NCBI GenBank assembly: GCA_965218425.1
Contig: OZ244621.1
Coordinates: 353,368 to 417,367 of the forward strand
DNA from: an uncultured Candidatus Binatia bacterium
Lineage (GTDB): Bacteria > Desulfobacterota > Binatia > UBA9968 > CAXXLF01
Length of the DNA stretch: 64,000 bases
Direction: 5' to 3'
Below the pieces are notes generated by a model, which was given only the letters and a program-made list of their open reading frames with translations, was not told the DNA's origin and searched no databases. A program made the translations under genes and the position numbers. Shown here piece after piece: positions 28,236-38,290 of this stretch (positions are counted from its first letter, which is position 1; every line of letters begins with the position of its first letter).

Positions 28236-29444
28236 TTACGCGGCCGCGCCCGCTATCTTTTGCAGCGCCGGGCGCAGTGGAGACGGCACCTGGTGCTTCA
28301 TGATAATCTCCTTGCGCTCGCAGCGAGAATCGATCATCGCAATACATGCCTCCAAGGTTGCTCGGCCCCAGCGCACGTCGGGAAAGGACGGCTGACTCTC
28401 TCTGATGGCATCCACCAACGCCTGGATCTCCCCGGCACGTAGCTCTCGTTCAGTCATGAGAACTTCTTCCCGCCCTTTCTCCGTATACACGTATAGGCCA
28501 TCGGGGGATTGGCGGATATCTCCGTTCTCACAGCTTACGATCATGAGCCCGAAGAAATCCTGTTTTCTCTCTCCTCCAGCGCTAAACGCCTCGATGGAGT
28601 ACTGAGGAAGGTTATAAAACTCTTGTGCCGCAATCGGCCCTTTCGCTCTCGGCTTGGGTCCTAACATGGTGTTCTCGTCCACACGTCTCCCCCCTTCTCC
28701 GATCCCCCATGTTAGCTCGCGGATATCAAAATTCGCATAGCCGTTGAAGCTAACCATCGCCGTGGGCCCATCCTCAAAATCGATAAACGCGTGGTAGTCA
28801 CCCTCGACATCGTAGCTAGGGTGCCACTTTCCCGCCGTTCCACGCACACCACGAATCATCCCTCCAGCCAGATAGCGCACCACGTCCATCTGATGCGGTC
28901 CCTGCCGAAAGACAGAGCCACCCCCGCGCTTTGGGTCTAGTGTATGTGCCTCCCAGGGCCGTTGAATCCAGTCATTATACATCCACGTGTTGATGTGAAT
29001 GATCCTCCCCAGACGCCCGCTGGCAATCATGTCCCCCATTTTTCGAACGTAAGGGCGGTGAATGCGGCTGTGCCCTTGGACATACTTAACGCCATTACGC
29101 TCAATGGCATCAACCATGCGGTTCGCCTCGTCAATCGAGATGGCCATAGGCTTCTCACATATAACGTGCTTACCATGGTCCGCGGAGATGATCGTATGTT
29201 CGGCATGGAAATTATTGGGCGTGGCCACCCATACAGCATCCACGGGGCCGTGCTTGCACATATCCTCGATTTGCGTGAAGCCCTCGACGCCGAAGCGCTT
29301 TTTAAACCGGTCCACTTCGTCGGCTCGAATATCGCATACGGCCGTAAGCTCCGCACCTTCCGTTTGCTCGATACTCCCAAGCACCTGGCGCGCCGCGATG
29401 CCAATCCCGACGATCCCCACTCGGACAACAGTGTTCTCAGCCAT
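28236..29444 (-). CDS. Gfo/Idh/MocA-family NAD(P)-dependent oxidoreductase (cis-dihydrodiol dehydrogenase-like, Pht4/OphB-type)
   Basis: N-terminal Rossmann VRVGIVGIGIAARQVLGSIEQTEGAELTAVCD and a GFO_IDH_MocA C-terminal domain. Sits immediately downstream of two Rieske oxygenase genes. Confidence 0.65.
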   Translation of the reverse strand: MAENTVVRVGIVGIGIAARQVLGSIEQTEGAELTAVCDIRADEVDRFKKRFGVEGFTQIEDMCKHGPVDAVWVATPNNFHAEHTIISADHGKHVICEKPMAISIDEANRMVDAIERNGVKYVQGHSRIHRPYVRKMGDMIASGRLGRIIHINTWMYNDWIQRPWEAHTLDPKRGGGSVFRQGPHQMDVVRYLAGGMIRGVRGTAGKWHPSYDVEGDYHAFIDFEDGPTAMVSFNGYANFDIRELTWGIGEGGRRVDENTMLGPKPRAKGPIAAQEFYNLPQYSIEAFSAGGERKQDFFGLMIVSCENGDIRQSPDGLYVYTEKGREEVLMTERELRAGEIQALVDAIRESQPSFPDVRWGRATLEACIAMIDSRCERKEIIMKHQVPSPLRPALQKIAGAAA

Positions 29445-29518
29445 GTGACCTAGCTCCTTTGTTTTCGGCCCACTCCATATTGGAAACGTTCACTGGATCC
29501 AGAAAACCGCCTTGAAAC

Positions 29519-30772
29519 TCATTCGGGACGCGGCCGGGCAGTGCCGAATGGGACTTCAAAAACCTCGTGTCTGCTATCAAAGACTTCCTTCTTGGTTCGT
29601 ACGCGGCTCAGTTCGATTCCCTTCCGTCGCGCTCCTGCGCGGGTGTCCCGCTCTGAGCACCATCCTTCGAGGTCGATGGCCTTGTTGTCGCCCAGGTCAC
29701 GAATGATGTTCATAGGTTCCCCACCCCGCTCAACCACCTCGATCTGTTCCTTCAGCATCTTGCGATACATGATTATTCCGCGATCGGACATCCCCACGTG
29801 CTCTTCATCCCGCCCATAGATCTGCCCCTGGGTTTCCCAGGCCATCTTGTCCTGGCTATAGAAGGTATTCATTGTATATTCGCCATCAGGATAGGTCTGA
29901 GGCGGGGGGTCTTCCAGCGGCGGTTCCTCCGGTTGCGCAACAGGCTCCCCATCGTCGCTGGGTTTGAAAAGGACGACGTAGATTTCCGTATGGGTATCGT
30001 CCACGGGAACCCGCCAGTGCATAGCGCTCCAGATATCCGATTGCCGAAACATAGTAGGAAAGACGAGTGGATTGCCCCATCCGGATCCGGCAGTATCGCC
30101 TTCGTACTCCCAGCTTTTCAGTAGACCCCACTGAAACGGCTGGAAACCATACCGGGCAAACGGACGTCCCAAAAACCCGGTGGACATGGTGCTTCGTCCC
30201 GCCTTTTTGAAGGCATAGGCGTGGAGGATTGAGGTATGGACAAAATCCATTGTGTTCTCGACTGCCTGTAGCCAATTGCAGTTCAACGTCTCCTGGCGTT
30301 CGATTCTCCGGTGACCCCGGTCCCAAACGAGGATGTCCCACCGCGGTAACAAGGGAGCCGGTTCCGGTCCCATGTAGGCGAACAAGAGACCTGCGAGTTT
30401 CTGGACCGGGTAGGCCCTATGCCGGATACTTTCCTTGAATTTAGGATTGGGCTCGAAGGGCTGCTCAAGACAACTGCCGGAGCGGTCGTAAAGCCACCCG
30501 TGGTAAGGACACCTTAGGCCACCATTTTCCAGGAAACCATAGTACAGGGAAGTGCCCCTATGGGAGCAGTGCTCTTCCAGGAGACCGAATTCGCCCTTCT
30601 CGTCCCGAAACAGCACCAGATCCTCTCCCAAGACCTTGACCCGTTTTTTCGGACGGTCAGCGGTTAGCTCGCTTGCCGCTGTCACCGGATGCCAGTAGCG
30701 GCGCATCAGATTTCCACACGGGGTACCAGGTCCCACTTTGGTCAACAGATCGTTTTCATCCTTGGTAAGCAT
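29519..30772 (-). CDS. Rieske [2Fe-2S] non-heme iron oxygenase alpha subunit (phthalate dioxygenase/VanA/KshA-type), paralog 1
   Basis: Rieske CSHRGTSL...CPYHGW, mononuclear iron motif DFVHTSILH, N-terminus MLTKDENDLLTKVGPGTPCGNLMRRYWHP. Start taken at ATG 30772; the ORF is also open from a TTG at 30790. Confidence 0.8.
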   Translation of the reverse strand: MLTKDENDLLTKVGPGTPCGNLMRRYWHPVTAASELTADRPKKRVKVLGEDLVLFRDEKGEFGLLEEHCSHRGTSLYYGFLENGGLRCPYHGWLYDRSGSCLEQPFEPNPKFKESIRHRAYPVQKLAGLLFAYMGPEPAPLLPRWDILVWDRGHRRIERQETLNCNWLQAVENTMDFVHTSILHAYAFKKAGRSTMSTGFLGRPFARYGFQPFQWGLLKSWEYEGDTAGSGWGNPLVFPTMFRQSDIWSAMHWRVPVDDTHTEIYVVLFKPSDDGEPVAQPEEPPLEDPPPQTYPDGEYTMNTFYSQDKMAWETQGQIYGRDEEHVGMSDRGIIMYRKMLKEQIEVVERGGEPMNIIRDLGDNKAIDLEGWCSERDTRAGARRKGIELSRVRTKKEVFDSRHEVFEVPFGTARPRPE

Positions 30773-30786
30773 GCTCTTTGCTTCGC

Positions 30787-32127
30787 TCAACTACCGTTAC
30801 GGTTAACCTTCGCGGCATCGATCTTTGGCCTCGCCGCACCGTAGGGAACATCGACTATCTCATGCCGATTGTCAAAGATCTCATCCTTCGATTTCCCATG
30901 CGATTTGCCGCCGGCCCAATAGGGGTCCCGGTAAAGATCGGCTTCGTTTTGCCACCCCGCAAGCTCGATGCAGACGTTCTTCTCGGGGTCGCGTACAAGC
31001 CCCCAGGGATCCCCGCCCTGACCAACGATCTCGATCTGTTCCTTAAGCATTTTACGGAACATGATGATTCCCCGATCGGATTCACCCAGGTGCTCCTTTG
31101 AACGGTCAAATAGCGCACCTTGGGTCTCCCAGGCCATCTTGTCATGACTGAAGAAGGTATCCATTGTGTATTCGGCGTTGGGGAGCATCTGCGGTGGCAT
31201 GAATTGGACTAAAGGGTCCTCTCCCTCCTCCACCTCCTGACCATCCTCGCTCGGGCGGAAATGGACAATGATGAGCTCTGTACGGTAATCGTCAATAGGA
31301 ACGCGCCAGTGCATCTGAGCAGTAATGCGCAGCATGTTGGGAAAAATTAATGGATGCCCCCAGCCTTCACTGCCATGCTTGCCTCCATAAACCCAACTTT
31401 TTAACAGCCCCCACTCGAAGGGCTGGAACCCATAACTTTCAAACGGACGTCCATAACCAATTTCATCGGCAGGCGATCTGTTGCCATCCGGCTGGTATCC
31501 CAAGGGAAGGTTACCAGGGCTCATTACCCCCTGTTCTGATTGAGCTCGGGCCCTTTGTCTCAGTGTGTGGGAATGGAGGAAAAAAGTGTGGGTTACATCC
31601 ACGGAATTTTCTTCTGCCTGGAGCCAGTTACAGTTGAGGGTCTCTTGACGCAGGACGCTACGGTGACCATTTTTCCATGCTAGTATATCCCAACGGGGCA
31701 GGAGGGGCTTGCGGTCTGGGGGACCCATGTAGGTGAATAATAACCCGCCCAGTTTCGCAACCGGATAGGCCGGGTGTCTCACCTGTTCCCGAAACTTCGG
31801 GTTGGGCTCGAAAGGCTGCTCTAAACATTTTCCGGCCTTGTCGTAAAGCCAGCCGTGATAGGGACAACGGATGGAGCCACTTTCTATGAATCCATAGTAA
31901 AGAGACGTCCCACGGTGGGCACAGTGCTCACCAATAAGACCATAGCCACCTTTTTGGTCGCGAAAAAGGACAAGCTCTTCGCCCAGAATCTTGATTCGCT
32001 TCTTGGGCCGATCCTCCGTCAACTCCCTGGCTCCGGCTATGGGATGCCAGTAACGGCGCAGCAACTCACCGCACGGAGTCCCGCGGCCTACGCGGGTTAA
32101 AAGCTGGTTTTCTTCATTTGAGAGCAT
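30787..32127 (-). CDS. Rieske non-heme iron oxygenase alpha subunit, paralog 2
   Basis: CAHRGTSL...CPYHGW, VDVTHTFFLH, N-terminus MLSNEENQLLTRVGRGTPCGELLRRYWHP. 14 nt upstream of paralog 1. Confidence 0.8.
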   Translation of the reverse strand: MLSNEENQLLTRVGRGTPCGELLRRYWHPIAGARELTEDRPKKRIKILGEELVLFRDQKGGYGLIGEHCAHRGTSLYYGFIESGSIRCPYHGWLYDKAGKCLEQPFEPNPKFREQVRHPAYPVAKLGGLLFTYMGPPDRKPLLPRWDILAWKNGHRSVLRQETLNCNWLQAEENSVDVTHTFFLHSHTLRQRARAQSEQGVMSPGNLPLGYQPDGNRSPADEIGYGRPFESYGFQPFEWGLLKSWVYGGKHGSEGWGHPLIFPNMLRITAQMHWRVPIDDYRTELIIVHFRPSEDGQEVEEGEDPLVQFMPPQMLPNAEYTMDTFFSHDKMAWETQGALFDRSKEHLGESDRGIIMFRKMLKEQIEIVGQGGDPWGLVRDPEKNVCIELAGWQNEADLYRDPYWAGGKSHGKSKDEIFDNRHEIVDVPYGAARPKIDAAKVNRNGS

Positions 32128-32277
32128 AGGAAATTCCGACAATGAGGGAAGTACCACCGTTGGCGGGGACTGTCAACGACTTCAATGGGTTACCTATTAC
32201 CACCGATATCACTCAAAGGATCCGCTACCCGGGCTTTTCACTCCATCAGATCTCCACACTGAATTCGGCCAGGTTAA

Positions 32278-33564
32278 TCAAGCACCCGGCCGCTTTGCCG
32301 CTACTTCTGAAGCACGCCGTTCGACAGGGTCTATCTCATTGAGAGCAAAACGTTTAAGACCCGGGTAAAGGTAGTTGGTCCACAGCATGGATCCACCGAT
32401 AACAAGTCCGGCCGAAAATACGGCCAAACGGCCACCGAGAAGGGCTATGAACATTCCCGTGGGGGCCTGGCCAAGATGATTCAATCCCCTGAAGGTCATC
32501 TGGGAGATACTCATGACCCTGCCTCTCATTCCCTCCGTGCTCGAATACTGGAAGATGACGTTCCGCGTGGTTCCCCACATGGTGTCGCTCATGCCCAGGA
32601 TCAACAACAGAAAAAGCGAGAAGGGCCATGCCTGAGAGTACGCAAAAAGTAAGTAGGTCAACACATGGATGGTCCCAAGAACATAGAGGGTTCTTCCCGG
32701 GCGGCGAAAATTCCCCATGAAAATGAGTGCCAGCGCACCAGTGATGCTGCCCACTCCCCTGGCAGACTGCATGAGGCCGAATCCCCCTGCGCCAACCTGC
32801 AATATGTCTTTGGCAAATACCGTAAGAAACACCTGGTTCAGTGAAAAGAAGGATGCGAAAGCTTCCAACAGCAATGCTCCGCAGATGACCGGCTGGCGGC
32901 GGACGTAATTGAGGCCTTCAAAAACACTTCGGAGCAGTTGGGTGCGCCCCGCGCTCCCCACAGAAGTGGCACGTATGAAAGGAAGGGTGAACACCACCAC
33001 AAGATGAAATAGGGAATTTGCGGTATAAGCCCCGCCAATGCCCCAAGCGGTGATGATAATTCCCCCAAGGGCAGGACCAATGAGAGCGCTACCCCTAAAG
33101 AGTATCGAATTCATGGCCACCGCATTGGCAAGGGCACTTCTGGGTATAAGGCTGGGGAGCATGGCGCTTTGAGCAGGGCTCCCAACCGCCTGAACAGTGG
33201 CATTGGCAGCTGTAATAAGGTAGATGGACCATGCCGTAAGGGTACCGGTAAACGCGAGGGCCGCCAGAATAAACGACAGCACCACCTGGATGGAAGTGGT
33301 GATGAGGACGATAATTTTCCGCTCATAGCGGTCCGCAAACACGCCGCCAAAAAAACCAAAGCCGAAGGAGGGGGCGGCACGAAAAAGACCGTTTAAACCA
33401 ACACCGATGGCAGAGCCGGTGATCTCATAAAGCGCCCAGCTCTGAGCCATGATCTGCATCCAGACGCCACAGTGGGAGACAAATTGGCTCCACCAATAGA
33501 GGCGAAAATCACGGTAACCGAATGCTGGAAAGTAACCCTGCGCCGGAGGAGATTCAGGAGACAT
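32278..33564 (-). CDS. MFS transporter
   Basis: 428 aa with about 12 TM helices. Heads the minus-strand Rieske gene block. Confidence 0.7.
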   Translation of the reverse strand: MSPESPPAQGYFPAFGYRDFRLYWWSQFVSHCGVWMQIMAQSWALYEITGSAIGVGLNGLFRAAPSFGFGFFGGVFADRYERKIIVLITTSIQVVLSFILAALAFTGTLTAWSIYLITAANATVQAVGSPAQSAMLPSLIPRSALANAVAMNSILFRGSALIGPALGGIIITAWGIGGAYTANSLFHLVVVFTLPFIRATSVGSAGRTQLLRSVFEGLNYVRRQPVICGALLLEAFASFFSLNQVFLTVFAKDILQVGAGGFGLMQSARGVGSITGALALIFMGNFRRPGRTLYVLGTIHVLTYLLFAYSQAWPFSLFLLLILGMSDTMWGTTRNVIFQYSSTEGMRGRVMSISQMTFRGLNHLGQAPTGMFIALLGGRLAVFSAGLVIGGSMLWTNYLYPGLKRFALNEIDPVERRASEVAAKRPGA

Positions 33565-33706
33565 GAAGCGCCCAAGATAAGCCTCTCAATTGAAAAAGAC
33601 AACAACGATAGTGCGTTAAGAGCATGCCCTAGACGAAGATGCTGGAATACAACCACTGCTGTTCCACCCGCACGGAAGGACAGGCCATGGTCCCGCTGGC
33701 AACGTC

Positions 33707-35461
33707 TCACTGCTCTCGCCCGCTGAGCCTGACGTCCACCAGCGCCAGGGTGCTCTCCTTTTTCATGACTTGAAAGGCACGTTCGATGGCTGGCCTCAGG
33801 CCGGAAGGATTTTCCACGGGTCCTTCCGCGTAGGCCCCCTGAGCCCGGGCCAGACTCGCGAAATCAACTCTCGGATTCTGAATCTCCGTAGCGATGTGCT
33901 TGTTTGCCGTGGAACGCTGCCGCTGTTCCGATGTCCAGGTGACATGGGCCCCTTCACCTACATAACCTCCATTATCTAAAAGAAATACCAGTAGAGGTAT
34001 ATGATGGTGTACAGCAGTCCAAATGGAGCTAGGCACATAAAGAGATTCGCCGTCACCTATAAACGCTACACAAAAACCTCCTACCTTTTTCACCGCCAAC
34101 GCAGCCCCAATGGACCGGGACAACGCCGTTCCTAATCCTGCCGCCTTCTGGCCTCCCATGAGACTGCCTGGTTTTTCCAATTCCCAGAGGTTTCTTGTCC
34201 AACCTCCGATGTTCCCTGTCACGATCCATTCCTCCCCTTTCACGCAGTTCCAGACTGCATTGGAGAGGGTCGCCAACGAAATCTCCTCTCTGCTCGCATC
34301 CTTCTCAAGCTGGTCTCTTGCCCTTTTCTTTACCGCATCGTGAATTTCCTTGGCTCGGGCGAACCGTTCATCCGCCATCCTCTTTCGGTCGGGGTTCTTA
34401 TCCAAAATCTCCCGCAATTCTCGTGTCAGCTGGGGGAGCGCAAGGCTCGTATCCGCTGCCACGGTGAACTCCACCGGCCACACGCGATCGAAATCCAACG
34501 TGGTGCTTTTGATCCATTGATCGAACAGGCCGATATTAACGATTTTGGTACCGGGCTTGATGCGACTCTCCTTCTGCCTATTGTAGCGGTTCGAAATGGT
34601 GAAGGTCTGCTCGAGTTTATCCACATCCAATAGGATAATAACGTCGCTACGAGTGATCAAATCGCCCCCGGTTACATCAAGGGGATGAGTGCTGGGAAAA
34701 TTCAAACTCCCTCCCCCGTCGATGACCGGGATCGAACCGGCTTCCGCCAACTGGACTAAATAATGGACCGCTTGCGGGTTCCTTCCAACCTGATCCGCAA
34801 TAATGAGCGGTGCCTCAGCGTTGGCCAGCAATTCGGCAGTCTTCCTAAGAAAGGCAGGGTCACCCTGCACTCCAGTAGGAACCGCATATTTACTAATATC
34901 CGGGATCGTCACAGGCTCAGAAAGTTTTGCTTCCTGCCAACCTGCATCGAGGGCTATGTAAACCGGTCCCTTGGGCTCCGTCATGGCCACCCGGTAGGCT
35001 CGTATAAAAGATTCAGGGACGCTCTCGGGATCATGAGGCTGATCGTCCCACTTGACATACTCCCTGACCAGGTTTCCTTGGACCAACGCCGTGTGTACCC
35101 AGTCGATCCACGGTCGCCTCCCTTTAAGGCTCATGGGGCCTGTACCGCTCATGATGATTACAGGGGTTCGGTCCACATAGGCATTGTATATGGCCATGGC
35201 AGCATGCAGAGTACCCACCACATTATGAACCAAAGCCACTGCCGGTTTTCCGGTGGCCCTCCCATATCCCATGGCCACTCCAACGGCTATCTCCTCATGT
35301 AAGCACTCGATGATCTCGGGGGTCTTATTTTCACCAAAGTTAATGATCGAATCCAGCAAACCTCGATAGGTAGCACCAAGATTCGCGGGGGCATACTCGA
35401 TCCCATACTGCTGCATCATTTCAACGACGACATCCGAACCCCATTCTGCTCTACCGGCCAT
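33707..35461 (-). CDS. thiamine diphosphate-dependent enzyme (ALS/benzoylformate decarboxylase family), second copy
   Basis: 584 aa with ThDP motif IGDGESLYVPSSIWTAVHHHIPLLVFLLDNGGY. Confidence 0.7.
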   Translation of the reverse strand: MAGRAEWGSDVVVEMMQQYGIEYAPANLGATYRGLLDSIINFGENKTPEIIECLHEEIAVGVAMGYGRATGKPAVALVHNVVGTLHAAMAIYNAYVDRTPVIIMSGTGPMSLKGRRPWIDWVHTALVQGNLVREYVKWDDQPHDPESVPESFIRAYRVAMTEPKGPVYIALDAGWQEAKLSEPVTIPDISKYAVPTGVQGDPAFLRKTAELLANAEAPLIIADQVGRNPQAVHYLVQLAEAGSIPVIDGGGSLNFPSTHPLDVTGGDLITRSDVIILLDVDKLEQTFTISNRYNRQKESRIKPGTKIVNIGLFDQWIKSTTLDFDRVWPVEFTVAADTSLALPQLTRELREILDKNPDRKRMADERFARAKEIHDAVKKRARDQLEKDASREEISLATLSNAVWNCVKGEEWIVTGNIGGWTRNLWELEKPGSLMGGQKAAGLGTALSRSIGAALAVKKVGGFCVAFIGDGESLYVPSSIWTAVHHHIPLLVFLLDNGGYVGEGAHVTWTSEQRQRSTANKHIATEIQNPRVDFASLARAQGAYAEGPVENPSGLRPAIERAFQVMKKESTLALVDVRLSGREQ

Positions 35462-36208
35462 GGTTCACCTCCATTAGTTTTCCAACGATACGCCTTTTGA
35501 GATCTTTCTTGTACAGCGAGTCCAGTCGCGCCTTCAATACATCCGCCTAGGTTCGCCTGTCAAGTTATGGTTGGCTCGCCGACAGAAATTGTGGCGGCGA
35601 CATCTACCCCACCTTATCCAACAGGGCAATCTGGCGAGCGCTCATTTTCCATCCCTATTCCTTTAGGCCTCGGAGACTCCCTTCACTCCACGGGACTCTC
35701 GCAACGACCCACCGGGCCAGCGCTCGCACGAATCTTCCGGATCTCAGATTAGCCGTGGGCGGACTCCCGCTTTCATACGGCGCCGACCTCGATGGGTATC
35801 CCGCTGCTCCGTCCAGTTCCGCTCAGCAAGCCCCCTCAGCCCACAGCCGATGCGAAGGAGCTGGTGTGCCTGAGCGGAAGTTTGACCCTGAAGGGTGCAA
35901 GCCTCTGCGAAGCTGAGGATAAGCGGCATCGACTGTTTGAGCGCAGCGAGTTTCGAGGCTGCCCGAAGCGAGCGGCTAAGGCTTCCCATCGAGGGACCAC
36001 TGAAGCAAAGGGACACCAGTTCCGGCACAAGAACGCTCAACTCCTGCCAGGACAAGCTGCTACGACGAACACACCCATACGTCTTATAAAAGAGACCGGT
36101 TTTAAGTTGTCCTTCCACCTGCGGTGTGATAGGGAAAAATCGTAGGAGAACGCAAACTTAGACGTTTTCGAGCCCCCCTAACAAACCCACTATGGGAGGA
36201 AGATTGCC

Positions 36209-37471
36209 ATGCTACCCAAAGAGAGCAATGAGCTGATTACTCGAACGGGACCGGGTACGCCTATGGGTGAGTTGATCAGACGATATTGGATCCCCGCCTT
36301 GTTGTCAGAGGAAATCACTCAGCCGGACTGCCCCCCGGTGCAGGTGAGGATCCTGGGTGAGGAGCTCGTTGCCTTTCGCGACACCAAGAGAAAGATTGGC
36401 CTCCTGAATGAACACTGCTCCCACCGGGGAACATCACTCTTTTATGGCCGAAACGAAGACTGCGGCCTACGGTGTATCTACCATGGCTGGAAGTACGACG
36501 TGGAAGGAAACGTTGTGGACACTCCGGCGGAGCCCGCTAACAGCGACTTTAAGAAAAAGCTGCGCCACCCTGCCTATCCCACCGTGGAAGTGGCCGGGAT
36601 TGTCTTTGCTTATTTAGGTCCTAAAGAAAAGATGCCCTTGTTTCCCATGTATGAATGGGCTGAGCTTCCCCAGGACCACACCTATGTTACCAAGTGTCTA
36701 CAGGACTGCAACTATCTGCAGGGCCTTGAAGGCGAATGCGACTCGTCCCATCTTTCCTTCCTGCACCGCGAGTTCAGCAAAGACCGCGTACAAGCGTTGT
36801 ACCAAAGGGATAGCGCGCCCAAATATGAAATCGAAGAAACCGATTTCGGCCTGAGGCTCATCGCTACCCGTAAGGCGGGTGCCGACCAAACCTACATCAG
36901 GGTATCCAGTTTCACTACACCCATTGCCTGCTGGGTACCGGCACGTGGCCGCGAAACCCATATCTACGTACCGGCAGATGACACCCATAGCTGGAGATAC
37001 GATCTTGGGTTCCTCAAGGATAGAGCCGTACGCGACGATGAGGTCCACCGGCGCAAACAGATCGGGCCTGATTATCGCAGGATACGAAACATCCACAACC
37101 ACTACCTGCAGGACAGGCAGGTACAAAAAACGATCAGTTACACCGGAATTGAGGATTTTCTAAACCATGACTCTTGCGCCACGGAGACTATGGGCCCCCT
37201 CTATGACCGCAGCAAGGAACATTTAGGGGTTAGTGACACCGCGGTCATTGCCATGCGCAAGTACTTGTTGGATGCTGTTAAAACTCTGCAGGAGGGTAAA
37301 GAACCCCCGCACATCGTGCGAGACCCTGCAAAGAACAACTTCGGCCACGTGGATACCCTAGCCCAAGTGATTCCTTCGAACATACCCTGGCGAGAGTTCT
37401 TCACACACCTAACCAAAACAGGTCAAGCGAAGGGCTCGGCGACGGGCAAAACGAGGCAAAAGGCTTCTTAG
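36209..37471 (+). CDS. Rieske non-heme iron oxygenase alpha subunit, paralog 3
   Basis: CSHRGTSL...CIYHGW, CDSSHLSFLH, N-terminus MLPKESNELITRTGPGTPMGELIRRYWIP. RBS gggagg upstream. Confidence 0.8.
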   Translation: MLPKESNELITRTGPGTPMGELIRRYWIPALLSEEITQPDCPPVQVRILGEELVAFRDTKRKIGLLNEHCSHRGTSLFYGRNEDCGLRCIYHGWKYDVEGNVVDTPAEPANSDFKKKLRHPAYPTVEVAGIVFAYLGPKEKMPLFPMYEWAELPQDHTYVTKCLQDCNYLQGLEGECDSSHLSFLHREFSKDRVQALYQRDSAPKYEIEETDFGLRLIATRKAGADQTYIRVSSFTTPIACWVPARGRETHIYVPADDTHSWRYDLGFLKDRAVRDDEVHRRKQIGPDYRRIRNIHNHYLQDRQVQKTISYTGIEDFLNHDSCATETMGPLYDRSKEHLGVSDTAVIAMRKYLLDAVKTLQEGKEPPHIVRDPAKNNFGHVDTLAQVIPSNIPWREFFTHLTKTGQAKGSATGKTRQKAS

Positions 37472-37528
37472 CTCGCCTGATTCCGATGTTTTTTAGGCAA
37501 AATTCGCCCGGGTATTGTACGACCTATC

Positions 37529-38290
37529 CTATACCCAACCCCGATTCCATCGCTCGCCTTTTTTAACCTTGTCGGCGTAATAGTTCCACTCGGCAGAGTG
37601 TTGGGCCGGCGCCGCTCCCCTCCCAAGCTCCCGAGCACGCGCCATGAGCTTTGCCGAGGTGGCCTGAATGGACTGGATAAATTCCGGTGTTGGACCCGTG
37701 TACCCAAGCATGTGTGCCATGGCCTGCATTTTCGCAGTGCGCTCTAAATAGAGGGCGTTCATGCAGGCTTCGTCCACCGTCTTTCCAACCGAGACGATGC
37801 CATGTCCCTTGATGATCACCGCGGGGGCCTGACCAAGGGTCTTGGCCAAGTCCGCTCCCTCCTGCGCGTCAATGATAAAAATGGGGTCCGGATAGATGGG
37901 AACGCCTTTGCCGAATCGTTTCGACTGTTGGTGCATGTTATACACCGTCTTATCGGCCATACTGAGGGCAATACACATGGGTGCATGGGAATGAACGGCG
38001 GCGGTCACGTCTGGCCGGGCCTTGAATGCCTCGCTGTAGATGGCCGCCTCCATGGGTATGGTTCCAACACCGGACAGTTTGTTCAGCGAGTAGTCGAAGC
38101 GAACGAACCAGTCTTTGACTCCCGGCTCCTCCGGGGGGCGAAAAATCTTCACCGCGATGGATTCGGAATCCGGGATTCGGGTGGCCACGTGACCCCAGAT
38201 ATCCCCCATTTCCCATTCGAGGATCGACGAGGCAATCCTCAACTCTTCTTCCAATACATCAATGTCTGACATGCACCCCGCCTTTTGCAT
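37529..38290 (-). CDS. class II aldolase/adducin-family protein (3,4-dihydroxyphthalate decarboxylase / L-fuculose-phosphate aldolase-like)
   Basis: Metal-binding histidines in ...WGHVATRIP...AAVHSHAPMCIA...HGIVSVGKT. Its start overlaps the stop of the upstream SsuA-fold gene by 1 nt (TAATG). Confidence 0.65.
   Translation of the reverse strand: MQKAGCMSDIDVLEEELRIASSILEWEMGDIWGHVATRIPDSESIAVKIFRPPEEPGVKDWFVRFDYSLNKLSGVGTIPMEAAIYSEAFKARPDVTAAVHSHAPMCIALSMADKTVYNMHQQSKRFGKGVPIYPDPIFIIDAQEGADLAKTLGQAPAVIIKGHGIVSVGKTVDEACMNALYLERTAKMQAMAHMLGYTGPTPEFIQSIQATSAKLMARARELGRGAAPAQHSAEWNYYADKVKKGERWNRGWV

Noticed and set aside
35462-36208. RNase P RNA, tmRNA or 6S RNA in the ORF-less gaps (also 18202-19081)
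   Set aside because: I looked for hallmark motifs (GGAAAGTCCGGGC / ACAGAA.CCGGCTTA for RNase P, a tRNA-like GGGG...CCA acceptor for tmRNA) on both strands and found none.
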